From assembly GCA_963695225.1 (NCBI GenBank), contig OY968762.1, positions 2,016,001 through 2,080,000 of the forward strand: a DNA stretch of 64,000 bases, in the 5' to 3' direction. This DNA is from Vulcanimicrobiota bacterium. Its GTDB lineage: Bacteria > Vulcanimicrobiota > Vulcanimicrobiia > Vulcanimicrobiales > Vulcanimicrobiaceae. This document shows positions 47,635-56,388 of this stretch, in pieces. Numbering within the stretch: position 1 is the first letter of the stretch; each line of letters opens with the position of its first letter. Below the pieces are notes generated by a model that was given only the letters and a program-made list of their open reading frames with translations, had not been told where the DNA came from and did not search any database. The translations under genes were made by a program, and so were the position numbers.

Positions 47635-48741
47635 ATTAGGATCAAGATCCTCGACCGGTACATGGTCAGCGAACTCGCCGGACCGTTCGCCTTCGGGCTC
47701 TCCGCGTTCGCATTGATCTTCGCCGCGACGCAGTTGCTGGCGATCAGCCGGCTCGTGGCGGCGGAGCACGCCCCCGTCTCGGCGGCGATCGAGTATTTCC
47801 TGTGGCAGCTTCCGCAGATCATCGTCACGGTCGTGCCGATGGCGATGCTGCTGGGCACGCTCCTCGCGTTGCAGCGCCTTTCCGGCGAGAGCGAGATCAC
47901 CGCGATGAAGGCGGGCGGGATCGGCTTGATTCGCGCGGTCGCGCCGCTCTTCGTGACATCGGTCATCGTTTCGGTGGCGGCCCTCGCCGCGCAAGAGCAG
48001 ATCGTGCCCTACGCGAACGATAGGGCTACGTACGTTCGAGATCAGGTGATCAGGCACACGAGCCCGATCAGAGAGGGAAACCTCACCGTGACGACGAGCG
48101 GGCCAAATGGGGGGCGGCAAGTCATTACGGCGGGAGGCTTCGAGGCTTCGACCGAGACGATGCTCGACGCGACGGTGATCCAATTCGACAAGGAGAACCG
48201 GCCGGAGCTTTTCGTTTTCGCCGAGCGCGCCAACTACGATCCGCCCTCCTGGACGTTCGAGAACGTGCGCGAGTACACGTTCCATGGAACGGACGTCGAG
48301 TATCAAACGGCGCCCCGGCAGCGTTTGGAGATCGGCGTGAAGCCGAGCCAATTGATCCAACGCGCGGCGAACAACAGTCCGGAGAACATGAGCCGAAAGC
48401 AAGTTCGCGAAGTGCTCGCCTCGGGATCGCTCGACGTCTCCCAGACGCGCGCGTACGAATACGCATATGCGGAGAAGCTGGCGCGGCCGTTCGCCTCGGT
48501 CGTCTTCACGCTCATCGCGCTCCCGTTCGGCATGAGACCGACGCGCGGCGGTGGAGCGGGGCTAGGCTTCGGCCTCGCCGTCGCGATCTTGTTCGTCTAC
48601 TTCATCGTCGCGAGCGTGTTTTCGTACGTCTTCACAAGCTTGCCCGGCGGTCCGGTCGTGGCGACGATCGGCGCGTGGACGCCGAACGTGCTCTTCGCGC
48701 TCTTCGGCGCGGCGCTCGTCCGCCGCACGGCGCTCGCCTGA
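47635..48741 (+). CDS. LptF/LptG-family permease
   Basis: KILDRY N-terminal motif, LSGESEITAMKAGG, KLARP; probable ATT start at 47635 (first ATG 47662). Confidence 0.88.
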   Translation: MRIKILDRYMVSELAGPFAFGLSAFALIFAATQLLAISRLVAAEHAPVSAAIEYFLWQLPQIIVTVVPMAMLLGTLLALQRLSGESEITAMKAGGIGLIRAVAPLFVTSVIVSVAALAAQEQIVPYANDRATYVRDQVIRHTSPIREGNLTVTTSGPNGGRQVITAGGFEASTETMLDATVIQFDKENRPELFVFAERANYDPPSWTFENVREYTFHGTDVEYQTAPRQRLEIGVKPSQLIQRAANNSPENMSRKQVREVLASGSLDVSQTRAYEYAYAEKLARPFASVVFTLIALPFGMRPTRGGGAGLGFGLAVAILFVYFIVASVFSYVFTSLPGGPVVATIGAWTPNVLFALFGAALVRRTALA

Positions 48742-49685
48742 TGGGAACGTTCGGCGGGCTCGGACTCGTGCTCGCGATCACGCTGGTCGCCGGCGGGATC
48801 GCCTACGTCGGGGATCGCGTCGGGCATCAGGTCGGGCGCAAGCGCCTGACGATGTTCGGTCTGCGGCCGAAGTACACGTCCACGATCGTCGCGGTCGGGA
48901 CCGGGATGCTGATCGCGTTCACGGTCACGGTCGCGGCGCTGTTGCTCTCGGGCTACGCCCGGGCGGCCTTCTTTCACTTGAGCGAATTGAACGATCGGGT
49001 CAACAAGCTGCAGGCGCAGGCCGACGCGCTCGACCGTCACGCGCGCAACACGAACGTCGTCGTCGATCGCGGCGCGCTCGTCTACGAGCCGTACCTGCTG
49101 ATCTCCCCGGCTCAGACCTCGGGTGAGCGGATGGCGCTGCTCTCGTCGTTCTTCGATTCCGTCGTGACGAACGTGAACCGCAACCTCGTGCCGCGCGGCC
49201 TCAAGCCGTTCAAGGGGCAGTCGAGCGATCCCGAAACGCAGGCGAAGCTGCGGGCGTTCCTCAACAGCCCGGACGTGCAGGGCGCGCTGCTGCAAGGGCC
49301 GATCCTCTTGATCGCGGTCGCCGATCAGAACCTGTTCGTCAACGATCCGATCCACTTCTCGTTCCCGTTCTGGCGCGACAAGCTGATCTTCCACGCGCGC
49401 GACAAGATCGCCGCGGCGGACATCGAGGGCGGCACCGAGATCAACACGCGCGTCGTCTTCACGCAAATGGTCGTCGCGGCCGAGGAGGCGGCGATCGCCG
49501 CGGGGATGCCGCCGTACTACGCGCAACCGTTCCCGAACCTCAGCGAAGCGAAGGCGCGGCAGATCGGCGAGGAGATTCGCGCGGGGACGGGGCGCTTCCA
49601 TATCGAGGCGACCGCCGCGCAAGACATCTATCCGCACACCGGCGGCATGTTGATCGACTTTTCGCTGAGCCGGAGCCCGCGCTGA
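48741..49685 (+). CDS. DUF3084-domain protein
   Basis: GGIAYVGDRVG..VGRKRLTMFGLRPKYT; usual OM-cluster neighbour. Confidence 0.8.
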   Translation: MGTFGGLGLVLAITLVAGGIAYVGDRVGHQVGRKRLTMFGLRPKYTSTIVAVGTGMLIAFTVTVAALLLSGYARAAFFHLSELNDRVNKLQAQADALDRHARNTNVVVDRGALVYEPYLLISPAQTSGERMALLSSFFDSVVTNVNRNLVPRGLKPFKGQSSDPETQAKLRAFLNSPDVQGALLQGPILLIAVADQNLFVNDPIHFSFPFWRDKLIFHARDKIAAADIEGGTEINTRVVFTQMVVAAEEAAIAAGMPPYYAQPFPNLSEAKARQIGEEIRAGTGRFHIEATAAQDIYPHTGGMLIDFSLSRSPR

Positions 49686-50086
49686 GACGCGGTGCGGTCC
49701 TCGGGATCGATCCGGGGACGCACAAGTGCGGCTACGCCGTCGTGGCCGCGGACGGCACGACGCGCGAACTCGGGATCGTGCCGACCGCGGAACTCCTCGA
49801 GCGCGTCCGCGACTTGCTGCCGGCGCACGGCGTCGGCGCGATCGCGCTCGGTTCGGGGACGCACGCGGCCGAAGTGCGAGCGCGCCTCGCGCCGACGGGC
49901 TTGCCGATCGCGCTCGTCGACGAGCGCGAGACGACGCTGCAAGCGCGGGCGCGGTACTTTGCGGCGTTCCCGCCGCGCGGCTGGCGCAGGTTCGTCCCGC
50001 AGGGGATGCTGTTGCCGCCCCGGCCGATCGACGATTTCGCCGCCGTCCTGATCGCCGAACGCTTCCTGGAGGGATCGCCGGGGTAA
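49682..50086 (+). CDS. YqgF/RuvX-like RNase H-fold nuclease
   Basis: VLGIDPG..KCG.AV, LVDERETT..AR, IDDFAAVLIAER; probable CTG start. Confidence 0.8.
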   Translation: MRRGAVLGIDPGTHKCGYAVVAADGTTRELGIVPTAELLERVRDLLPAHGVGAIALGSGTHAAEVRARLAPTGLPIALVDERETTLQARARYFAAFPPRGWRRFVPQGMLLPPRPIDDFAAVLIAERFLEGSPG

Positions 50087-50405
50087 AGGCGGGACGCCTT
50101 CTTCGGGAGACCGAGCGAAGCATCGCTCTTGCGTGCGAGGAGAAGAGGGCTGCGCGGGTCGCGACGGTCGCGAATGGGGCGGCGAAGCGAGCACCATCGC
50201 GCAAGAGAACTTGGGCCCGGGATGCACGCTCGAAAAGACGACGGAAAGCCGCGAAGTCTCTAGCGCCGGAAACCCGATTAGAATCGAGCACCGCACGGGC
50301 CATAGCATCTCGGGGTGCACGAATCCGAATCAGGATACCGACTGGCTCTGGGGCGACTGGGCCTAACCGCTCGACGACGACGGCGGCGAAGAGTCGCTGC
50401 GCGGA

Positions 50406-50843
50406 CTACGCTCGCTCGTAGGCCTCCTCGAGCCCTTTGATGTCGAGCTTTTCCATCTGCAGCATCGCTTGCATGACGCGTCCCGACTTCTCGTCGTCGT
50501 CATCCCCCAACAGTTCGCCCAAGACCGTGGGGACGATCTGCCACGAAACGCCGAATTTGTCTTTGAGCCAGCCGCACCGGCTCGTCTCTCCGCCGGAGGA
50601 GAGTTTCGTCCACAAGTCGTCGACCTCGGCTTGCGTCTCGCAGTTGACGAAGAACGAGATCGCCGGCGTGAACGAGAATTGCGGGCCGCCGTTCAGCGCG
50701 ATGAAATCGACGCCGTCGAGCCGGAACGAGACGGACGCCGCGCCGGCGCGTTCTATCTCCGAGTTCTTGAAGATCGAACAGTAGAAGCGCGCCGCCTCCT
50801 CGGCCCGGCCGTCGAACCATAAGAACGGAACGATCTTTTGCAC
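50406..50843 (-). CDS. VOC/PhnB-like protein
   Basis: QKIVPFLWFD..AEEAA.FY, LNGGP, CGWLKDKFGVSWQI. Confidence 0.88.
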   Translation of the reverse strand: MQKIVPFLWFDGRAEEAARFYCSIFKNSEIERAGAASVSFRLDGVDFIALNGGPQFSFTPAISFFVNCETQAEVDDLWTKLSSGGETSRCGWLKDKFGVSWQIVPTVLGELLGDDDDEKSGRVMQAMLQMEKLDIKGLEEAYERA

Positions 50844-50866
50844 GCGAGACCCTCCTCGGGAAGTGC

Positions 50867-51724
50867 TCAGGCGAGTGCTGCCAGGTCCTCGTTGGTAAGC
50901 TCGATTTCGGCGGCGGCGAGGTTCTCGTCGAAGTGCGCGATCGACGATGTCCCCGGGATCGGCAGAACGTTCGGCGAGCGGGCGAGCAGCCAGGCGAGCG
51001 CGACTTGCGCCGGCGTCGCGTGCTTTTGCGCGGCGATCCTTGCGAGTTCCGCGTGCCGCGGCCGGCCCTTCCCGCCGAGCGGGAACCAGGGCAAGAACGC
51101 GATGCCGTCGCGCTCGCACGCCTGCAGCATCGCTTCTGCGCCGCGGTTCTGCACGTTGTAGAGGTTCTGCACCGAGACGATCGCGGCGGACTTCTTGCTG
51201 CGCTCGTAGTCCTCGACCGAGGTCTCGGAGACGCCGATGTGACGGATCTTGCCGGCGCGTTGCAAGTCGGTCAGCGCTGCGAGCGATTCCTCGACGGGAA
51301 CTTTCGGATCGATGCGATGCAGTTGATAGAGGTCGATGCGTTCCAGCTTGAGGCGACGCAGGCTGCCTTCGAGACATTCGCGGAGCCGCTCGGGGCGCGC
51401 GTCGATCTGCCATTCGTTCGGGCCGGTACGTTCGAAGCCGCCCTTGGTCGCGATGACGACGCCGTCGCGATACGGGGCGAGCGCCTCCGCGATGATCTCT
51501 TCGCTCACGCGCGGCCCGTACGAATCGGCCGTGTCGATGAAATTCACGCCGCTCTCGACGACGTGCCGGATCAGCTTCACTGCGCCCGCGCGATCCTTGG
51601 GGGGACCCCAGATGCCGTCCCCGGTGATGCGCATCGCGCCGAAGCCGAGGCGGCGGACGGTCAAGTCGCCGCCGATCGTGATCTCGCCCCCGAACGTGCG
51701 GGGCATGCCGATGTTGGTGCTCAT
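50867..51724 (-). CDS. Aldo/keto reductase
   Basis: LGFGAMR, IDTADSYG, IATKGG, IDLYQLH, IPGTSS. Confidence 0.92.
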   Translation of the reverse strand: MSTNIGMPRTFGGEITIGGDLTVRRLGFGAMRITGDGIWGPPKDRAGAVKLIRHVVESGVNFIDTADSYGPRVSEEIIAEALAPYRDGVVIATKGGFERTGPNEWQIDARPERLRECLEGSLRRLKLERIDLYQLHRIDPKVPVEESLAALTDLQRAGKIRHIGVSETSVEDYERSKKSAAIVSVQNLYNVQNRGAEAMLQACERDGIAFLPWFPLGGKGRPRHAELARIAAQKHATPAQVALAWLLARSPNVLPIPGTSSIAHFDENLAAAEIELTNEDLAALA

Positions 51725-51810
51725 GCCCGGTCGAACACGCGCCGGAAACCCGTCGTTTCAGGGGGTCTTCTGCGAGGGCGTGCCTTGCAGTCAACGTGTT
51801 TCGATCTGCG

Positions 51811-51819
51811 TGTTATACT
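51811..51819 (+). promoter_or_regulatory. Extended -10 promoter of the TA operon
   Basis: TGtTATACT ending 6 nt before the ATG at 51826. Confidence 0.6.
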
Positions 51820-51825
51820 GAACGT

Positions 51826-52077
51826 ATGGCGACCAGTGGAACGCTCTCAGTCCGCCTCGATGCGCAGACTCGGCATGTTCTCGCCGAGGCAGCCGCCTCG
51901 CGCGGCGTCGCGGGAGCCTCCGCGTTGGCCCGTGAGATTCTCGAGGAATGGGCGGCCGAAACGCTGGCGGCCCAGACCCGCGCCGGCGTGGCTCGAGCCG
52001 TGTCGTATTTGCGCGCCGCCGGCGATTGGGCCGATGAGCCGGCTGACTTCTTCCCTGGTGTAAAGACTGAGAAGTGA
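51826..52077 (+). CDS. Putative antitoxin, ribbon-helix-helix-like
   Basis: TLSVRLD...R..L pattern, acidic C-terminus, GTGA overlap with the toxin. Confidence 0.7.
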   Translation: MATSGTLSVRLDAQTRHVLAEAAASRGVAGASALAREILEEWAAETLAAQTRAGVARAVSYLRAAGDWADEPADFFPGVKTEK

Positions 52078-52421
52078 CGCCCGGGCAGATCGTCATCGTG
52101 GATTGGCGCGATGCGCTTCCTGCGTCGGGGGAACCAAACAAGGCACGGCCGGGGATCGTCGTCGGCTCACCGCGGTTTTTCGGAAGCGGGCTGCCGTTTG
52201 AGATCGTCGTTCCGCTCACCGGCGAGCAGGCGTTGGCCATCGCGGGCGCCTCGGTGACGATCGCGCCGTCGCCTGAGAACGGCTGCGCGAAGCCGTGTTA
52301 CGCGTTGGCATGGAACGTGCAGTCGGTCCCCCACGCTCGCTTGACGGAAACGGCGTCGCGCGTCACCTCCGCTGAACTAGCCCTTATTCGCGCCCATATC
52401 GCTTCATGCATCGAGGCTTGA
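52074..52421 (+). CDS. PemK/MazF-family toxin
   Basis: PGQIVIVD, EPNKARPGIVV, VVPLT, PSPENG...CYA. Confidence 0.8.
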   Translation: MTPGQIVIVDWRDALPASGEPNKARPGIVVGSPRFFGSGLPFEIVVPLTGEQALAIAGASVTIAPSPENGCAKPCYALAWNVQSVPHARLTETASRVTSAELALIRAHIASCIEA

Positions 52422-52763
52422 TTTGAACGATGCCGGGCGCGAGATCGCGGGGCTCGTCCGCGTCGGCGACGCGGGGCAGAATCCCGGGGGCCGGCCGATT
52501 GCGCCGCGCGCAGCTACGACGACTTCGTGCAAAGCGCGACCGTCGTCGAGATCTCGATCGGCGAACCGGTGATCGACGTCGACGTCTGCGTCGTCCGTGG
52601 CGAGCGCGACCGCCGGCGCGCTGCGCGGAGGCACATCGTCGCGAGGCCCGGCGCCGTCTCGTAAGCAGGAACTGCACGCGGCTCGAAGGCGCCGGGGCGC
52701 GGGAGGAGCGTACCCGAACCGGTGGTAATCGTTCGCGAACCAGGCGCTCGGAAAGGCGTATTA

Positions 52764-55538
52764 GTGCGCGTCCCCGTGAACCGTTTCAGAGCCTTCGCAC
52801 TCGGCGCACTGTTCTGCGCGTGCGCGGCGCTGGGACTGGACCGGAGCGCCGCCGTCGCGACGCCGCTTGCGGACGTCCCGGCAAATCATTGGGCGTATCA
52901 ATACATCCAGAGTCTCGCCGCCGACGGCCTGATCGACGGCTACGCCGACGGCGCGTTCAAAGGCGACCGTCCGCTCACGCGCTACGAGATGGCCGCCATC
53001 GTCGCGCGCGCGATCGCAAAACTCGAAGAGGGCCGGATCGATCCCGCGACGCTCGCCTCGAAAGCGGATCTCGAGAAGCTGCAGAAGCTCGTCGACGCGC
53101 TCAAAGACGAACTCGACGCACTCGGCGTCCGCGTCGCGAACCTCGAAGATTCGCTCGACGCGCTCGATCGGCGCACGAAGTTCGCGCAGGCGATCTCCCT
53201 GCACGGGAACTTCTCGCCGAACGTGACGTTCCGGCAGCGCACCACGCTTCCGCACACGATCCCTAACGGAACGGGCGCGCCCGTGACGCCGTATTGGACG
53301 ACGCAAGGCCTCGGCGGGGCCGCGATCCCGAACGGAAGCAGCGGCGCTGCGATCGACCCGTTCGTCTCCGCGTTCCTCGCGACCGACGATTCGAATCTTC
53401 CGTTTACGCAAGACGCCCCGGGGATCCAGATCCGTCAAGACGACCGATTCGTCTTGGCGTACCGGATCGACGAGAATCTGACGGTCTCACTCCCGGTTCA
53501 CGTGATGAACTTCGAATACGGCGGCGAGTTCTCGCAACAGGCGAAGTTCGATATCGAACCCGGGGTCGACGTCGCGATCGCCAAGAGCGGGGCGATCTCG
53601 AACCTGCTCTTGAAGTTCGGCCTGATCGACAACATGAAGAGCTCCCGCACGGGGCTCGCGTTTCGCGCGCCGTTCGGCGATGCTGCGGGATATCCGGCCG
53701 CGCTCGGTTACGAGAACGCGTACCAGCCGACGCAGAAGGGCGTGAGCGTCTCGGGGACCGTCTTCGGGCTGACCGATTTCAACGTCTCGTTCACGCGCGT
53801 CGACCAGACGCTGCTCAACACGCAGGCGTCGACGGTTCTCGATCCGACGGGGACGCAGCCCGCGCTCGGGTATCTCCTGCCGATCGTCCCGCCGCAATTC
53901 GGCTACACGTCGGCGGGCGCCGCTTCCGCGACGACGGATGCGTTCTCGGCGGGTACCGCGCCGCTCGCACAGGCCTTCCTGACGAAGAAAGCAGTCCTCG
54001 GTTCCGTCTACGTTTCGTTCTACGACGGGACGGCGTTCGACGCGACGGGCGCACCGGCGGGCATCGTCGCGCCGGGAAACCCCGCGACGCCCCCCGCGTT
54101 CACGTACAACGACGCGTACAACGCGATCGTCTTCTCGCCGCCGCTCCCGCCCGGCTCGTCGGTGCGCCTCTCCTATTCGGGGCTCGGCGTCACGAACAAC
54201 ACGAACTATCAGCGCTACATGATCAACGCCCGCCTCAACCAGAAGATCAAGGGCTATCCCGGAGGCGAGATCGGCTTCACGTACAACCGCATCTTCGATT
54301 TCGACGATCTGCAAGCGGCGGGCGGCGTTACGACGATCTCCCAAGCTCCGGTGCAGGGCTTCGGCGCAGTCAGCGACACGGTCTTCGGGATCGATTTTCA
54401 GCTCCCGATCTTCTACGAAATCGCAGGGCGCGGTTCGTTCCCGGTGCTCTACGGAGAAGCGGCGACGAGCAAGTACACGCCGGACTTCCGCAACGTCGCC
54501 GCGGCCGGCGCCGGCGCGGGCCTGATCGGCGCGAAGGTGAAGATTCGCGGTGCCGACCTGAACGTCTCGTATCAGAGCGTCGGGCAAAACTACCTCGACG
54601 GCGCGCCGTTCCGATACTACGGAAACGCGCCCGCGGCGTTTGCGTCCTATCAGGCGCCGTACTTCCCGGAGTTCTTCGGCTTCGGCAACGCGCTCGGGAT
54701 CAACGCGCAATTCGACGCGCAGTTCGCCGGAACCGGCGTCGCGACGACGGTCGCGCGCAACCCGAACCTGACGTATCTCTATCCGCTGTTCAATCCGCTC
54801 AAAGGGAGCGGACCGACGTACTTTCAGAACTACGCGCCGAACACGCGCGGCCTGACGGCCTCGGCGACGGCGCCCGTGCGGCTCGGCGGCCTGACCGTGA
54901 TGACGCGCCTGCAATTCCAGCATCTCGAAGAGATCGCCCCGAACTCCCCCGGGAACACACTCTACGGCCCCGCCTACGCATCCGCGGTGCGGCTCAAGGA
55001 GGATTCGTACGAAGCCGGCGGCTCGTTCACGGTCCCCGCGTTCGGACGCAAGCTCACGATCGCGCTCTCGGGGCTCCTCGAGAAGCTCAAGCGCCCCGAC
55101 GCGACGCCGTATCAGTATTACCCCATCGACCTTTCGACGGGGGCGTTCGATGCGGCGTCGCTTGCGGCGGCGCAGGCCGCCTTCCCCGTTCCGGGCGCGG
55201 GGACGTACCCGCGAGGCAGCCAGGTCTCGTTCTACCCGAACTACCTCAACATGACCCACAGCGTTTTCAACGCGACGGCGGCGCTCCCGCTGACGAAAGA
55301 TCTCGGCTTGAACCTCAGTTACGACACGCAGCGCTACAGCGGAGAGTACGGCACGACGCTGACGCAGAACATCTCGCAGCGGAAAGACTACTATCAGGGC
55401 AACCTTAGCTATGCGATCCCGAACACGAACTCGTCGATCGGGCTTCAAGCGCGCCGGTACACCTATCAGGACGACGTGATGCCCACCTACAACTTCGTGC
55501 AGAACCGCCAGGACGTGAACTTCACGGTTCGTTTCTAG
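52764..55538 (+). CDS. SLH-domain outer membrane protein (OmpM/SlpA-like tether porin)
   Basis: Signal peptide, DVPANHWAY..GLIDGY.DG.FKG...TRYEMA SLH, coiled coil, beta-rich region ending VNFTVRF. Confidence 0.85.
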   Translation: MRVPVNRFRAFALGALFCACAALGLDRSAAVATPLADVPANHWAYQYIQSLAADGLIDGYADGAFKGDRPLTRYEMAAIVARAIAKLEEGRIDPATLASKADLEKLQKLVDALKDELDALGVRVANLEDSLDALDRRTKFAQAISLHGNFSPNVTFRQRTTLPHTIPNGTGAPVTPYWTTQGLGGAAIPNGSSGAAIDPFVSAFLATDDSNLPFTQDAPGIQIRQDDRFVLAYRIDENLTVSLPVHVMNFEYGGEFSQQAKFDIEPGVDVAIAKSGAISNLLLKFGLIDNMKSSRTGLAFRAPFGDAAGYPAALGYENAYQPTQKGVSVSGTVFGLTDFNVSFTRVDQTLLNTQASTVLDPTGTQPALGYLLPIVPPQFGYTSAGAASATTDAFSAGTAPLAQAFLTKKAVLGSVYVSFYDGTAFDATGAPAGIVAPGNPATPPAFTYNDAYNAIVFSPPLPPGSSVRLSYSGLGVTNNTNYQRYMINARLNQKIKGYPGGEIGFTYNRIFDFDDLQAAGGVTTISQAPVQGFGAVSDTVFGIDFQLPIFYEIAGRGSFPVLYGEAATSKYTPDFRNVAAAGAGAGLIGAKVKIRGADLNVSYQSVGQNYLDGAPFRYYGNAPAAFASYQAPYFPEFFGFGNALGINAQFDAQFAGTGVATTVARNPNLTYLYPLFNPLKGSGPTYFQNYAPNTRGLTASATAPVRLGGLTVMTRLQFQHLEEIAPNSPGNTLYGPAYASAVRLKEDSYEAGGSFTVPAFGRKLTIALSGLLEKLKRPDATPYQYYPIDLSTGAFDAASLAAAQAAFPVPGAGTYPRGSQVSFYPNYLNMTHSVFNATAALPLTKDLGLNLSYDTQRYSGEYGTTLTQNISQRKDYYQGNLSYAIPNTNSSIGLQARRYTYQDDVMPTYNFVQNRQDVNFTVRF

Positions 55539-55539
55539 C

Positions 55540-56388
55540 GTGCGTTCCCTCGCGCTCGCCGCCTGCGTCGCGATCGCACTCGCGCTCGGCGGCCTCCAAG
55601 GGATCGCGAGCATCGCCGCCGCTTCCGCCGCGCAAGACGGCTCGTTCGTGCGCTTGCTCGCCGCCGCCGGTCCGCGCGTCGACGCGCTCGATCCGGCGCT
55701 GCCGATGCCGGCGGCGCTGCGCATCCTGCTCGCGCGCCGGGCGTTGGCCGCGCACGCGCTCGATCGCGTCGAGGCGCTGACGGCGCGATTGGGGCCTTCG
55801 ACGGACCGCTCCGCGCTCGAAGCGGAGCTCGCCGAGGCGCGCGGCGACACGCAAGCCGCGCAGCGCGCCTGGTTCGATGCGGGCGATTATTCGGGCCTCG
55901 AGCGGCTCGCCGCCGACCTCGAACGCGGCGGCGACCTGCACGGCGCTCAGGAACTGCAGCAGACGATCGTCGACCGGCTGGCGCAGGACCGCACGCACCC
56001 CGACACGCTCGCCGAAGCCTGGTGGCGGCTCGGCGTCCTCGATGCCGCGCTCGCGGGGAACGAACCGACGGTCGCCGCGGGCCGAACCTACGCGCGCCGA
56101 TCGCTCGACGCCTACGAAGCGGCGCTCGCGCTGGCGCCGTATTCCGCGAAGTTCATGATCTCCGCGGCGAGCCAGGAATTGAACCTTGGCGAGCTGGACG
56201 GTGCGCAGCGCTACTTCGAACGGGCGGCGGAGATCGTTCCGGGGAGCGTGTTGATTCCGGTCGGTTACGGCGAGGTCGCGGTGCGCCGGGGCGATTTCGC
56301 GACGGCCCGCCGCCGGCTCGCGGAAGCCCGGCGCATCGATCCCGCGGAGCCCGCGGTCGACCGCCTGGCGCGAAAGATCCCTCGTTGA
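55540..56388 (+). CDS. Tetratricopeptide-repeat protein, exported or membrane-anchored
   Basis: N-terminal hydrophobic segment; AEAWWRLG, AYEAALALAP, YFERAAEIVP helical repeats. Confidence 0.7.
   Translation: MRSLALAACVAIALALGGLQGIASIAAASAAQDGSFVRLLAAAGPRVDALDPALPMPAALRILLARRALAAHALDRVEALTARLGPSTDRSALEAELAEARGDTQAAQRAWFDAGDYSGLERLAADLERGGDLHGAQELQQTIVDRLAQDRTHPDTLAEAWWRLGVLDAALAGNEPTVAAGRTYARRSLDAYEAALALAPYSAKFMISAASQELNLGELDGAQRYFERAAEIVPGSVLIPVGYGEVAVRRGDFATARRRLAEARRIDPAEPAVDRLARKIPR

Noticed and set aside
52422..52720. Possible frameshifted gene remnant after the toxin
   Set aside because: Short coding-like stretches in two frames but no recognisable family or start signal; insufficient support.
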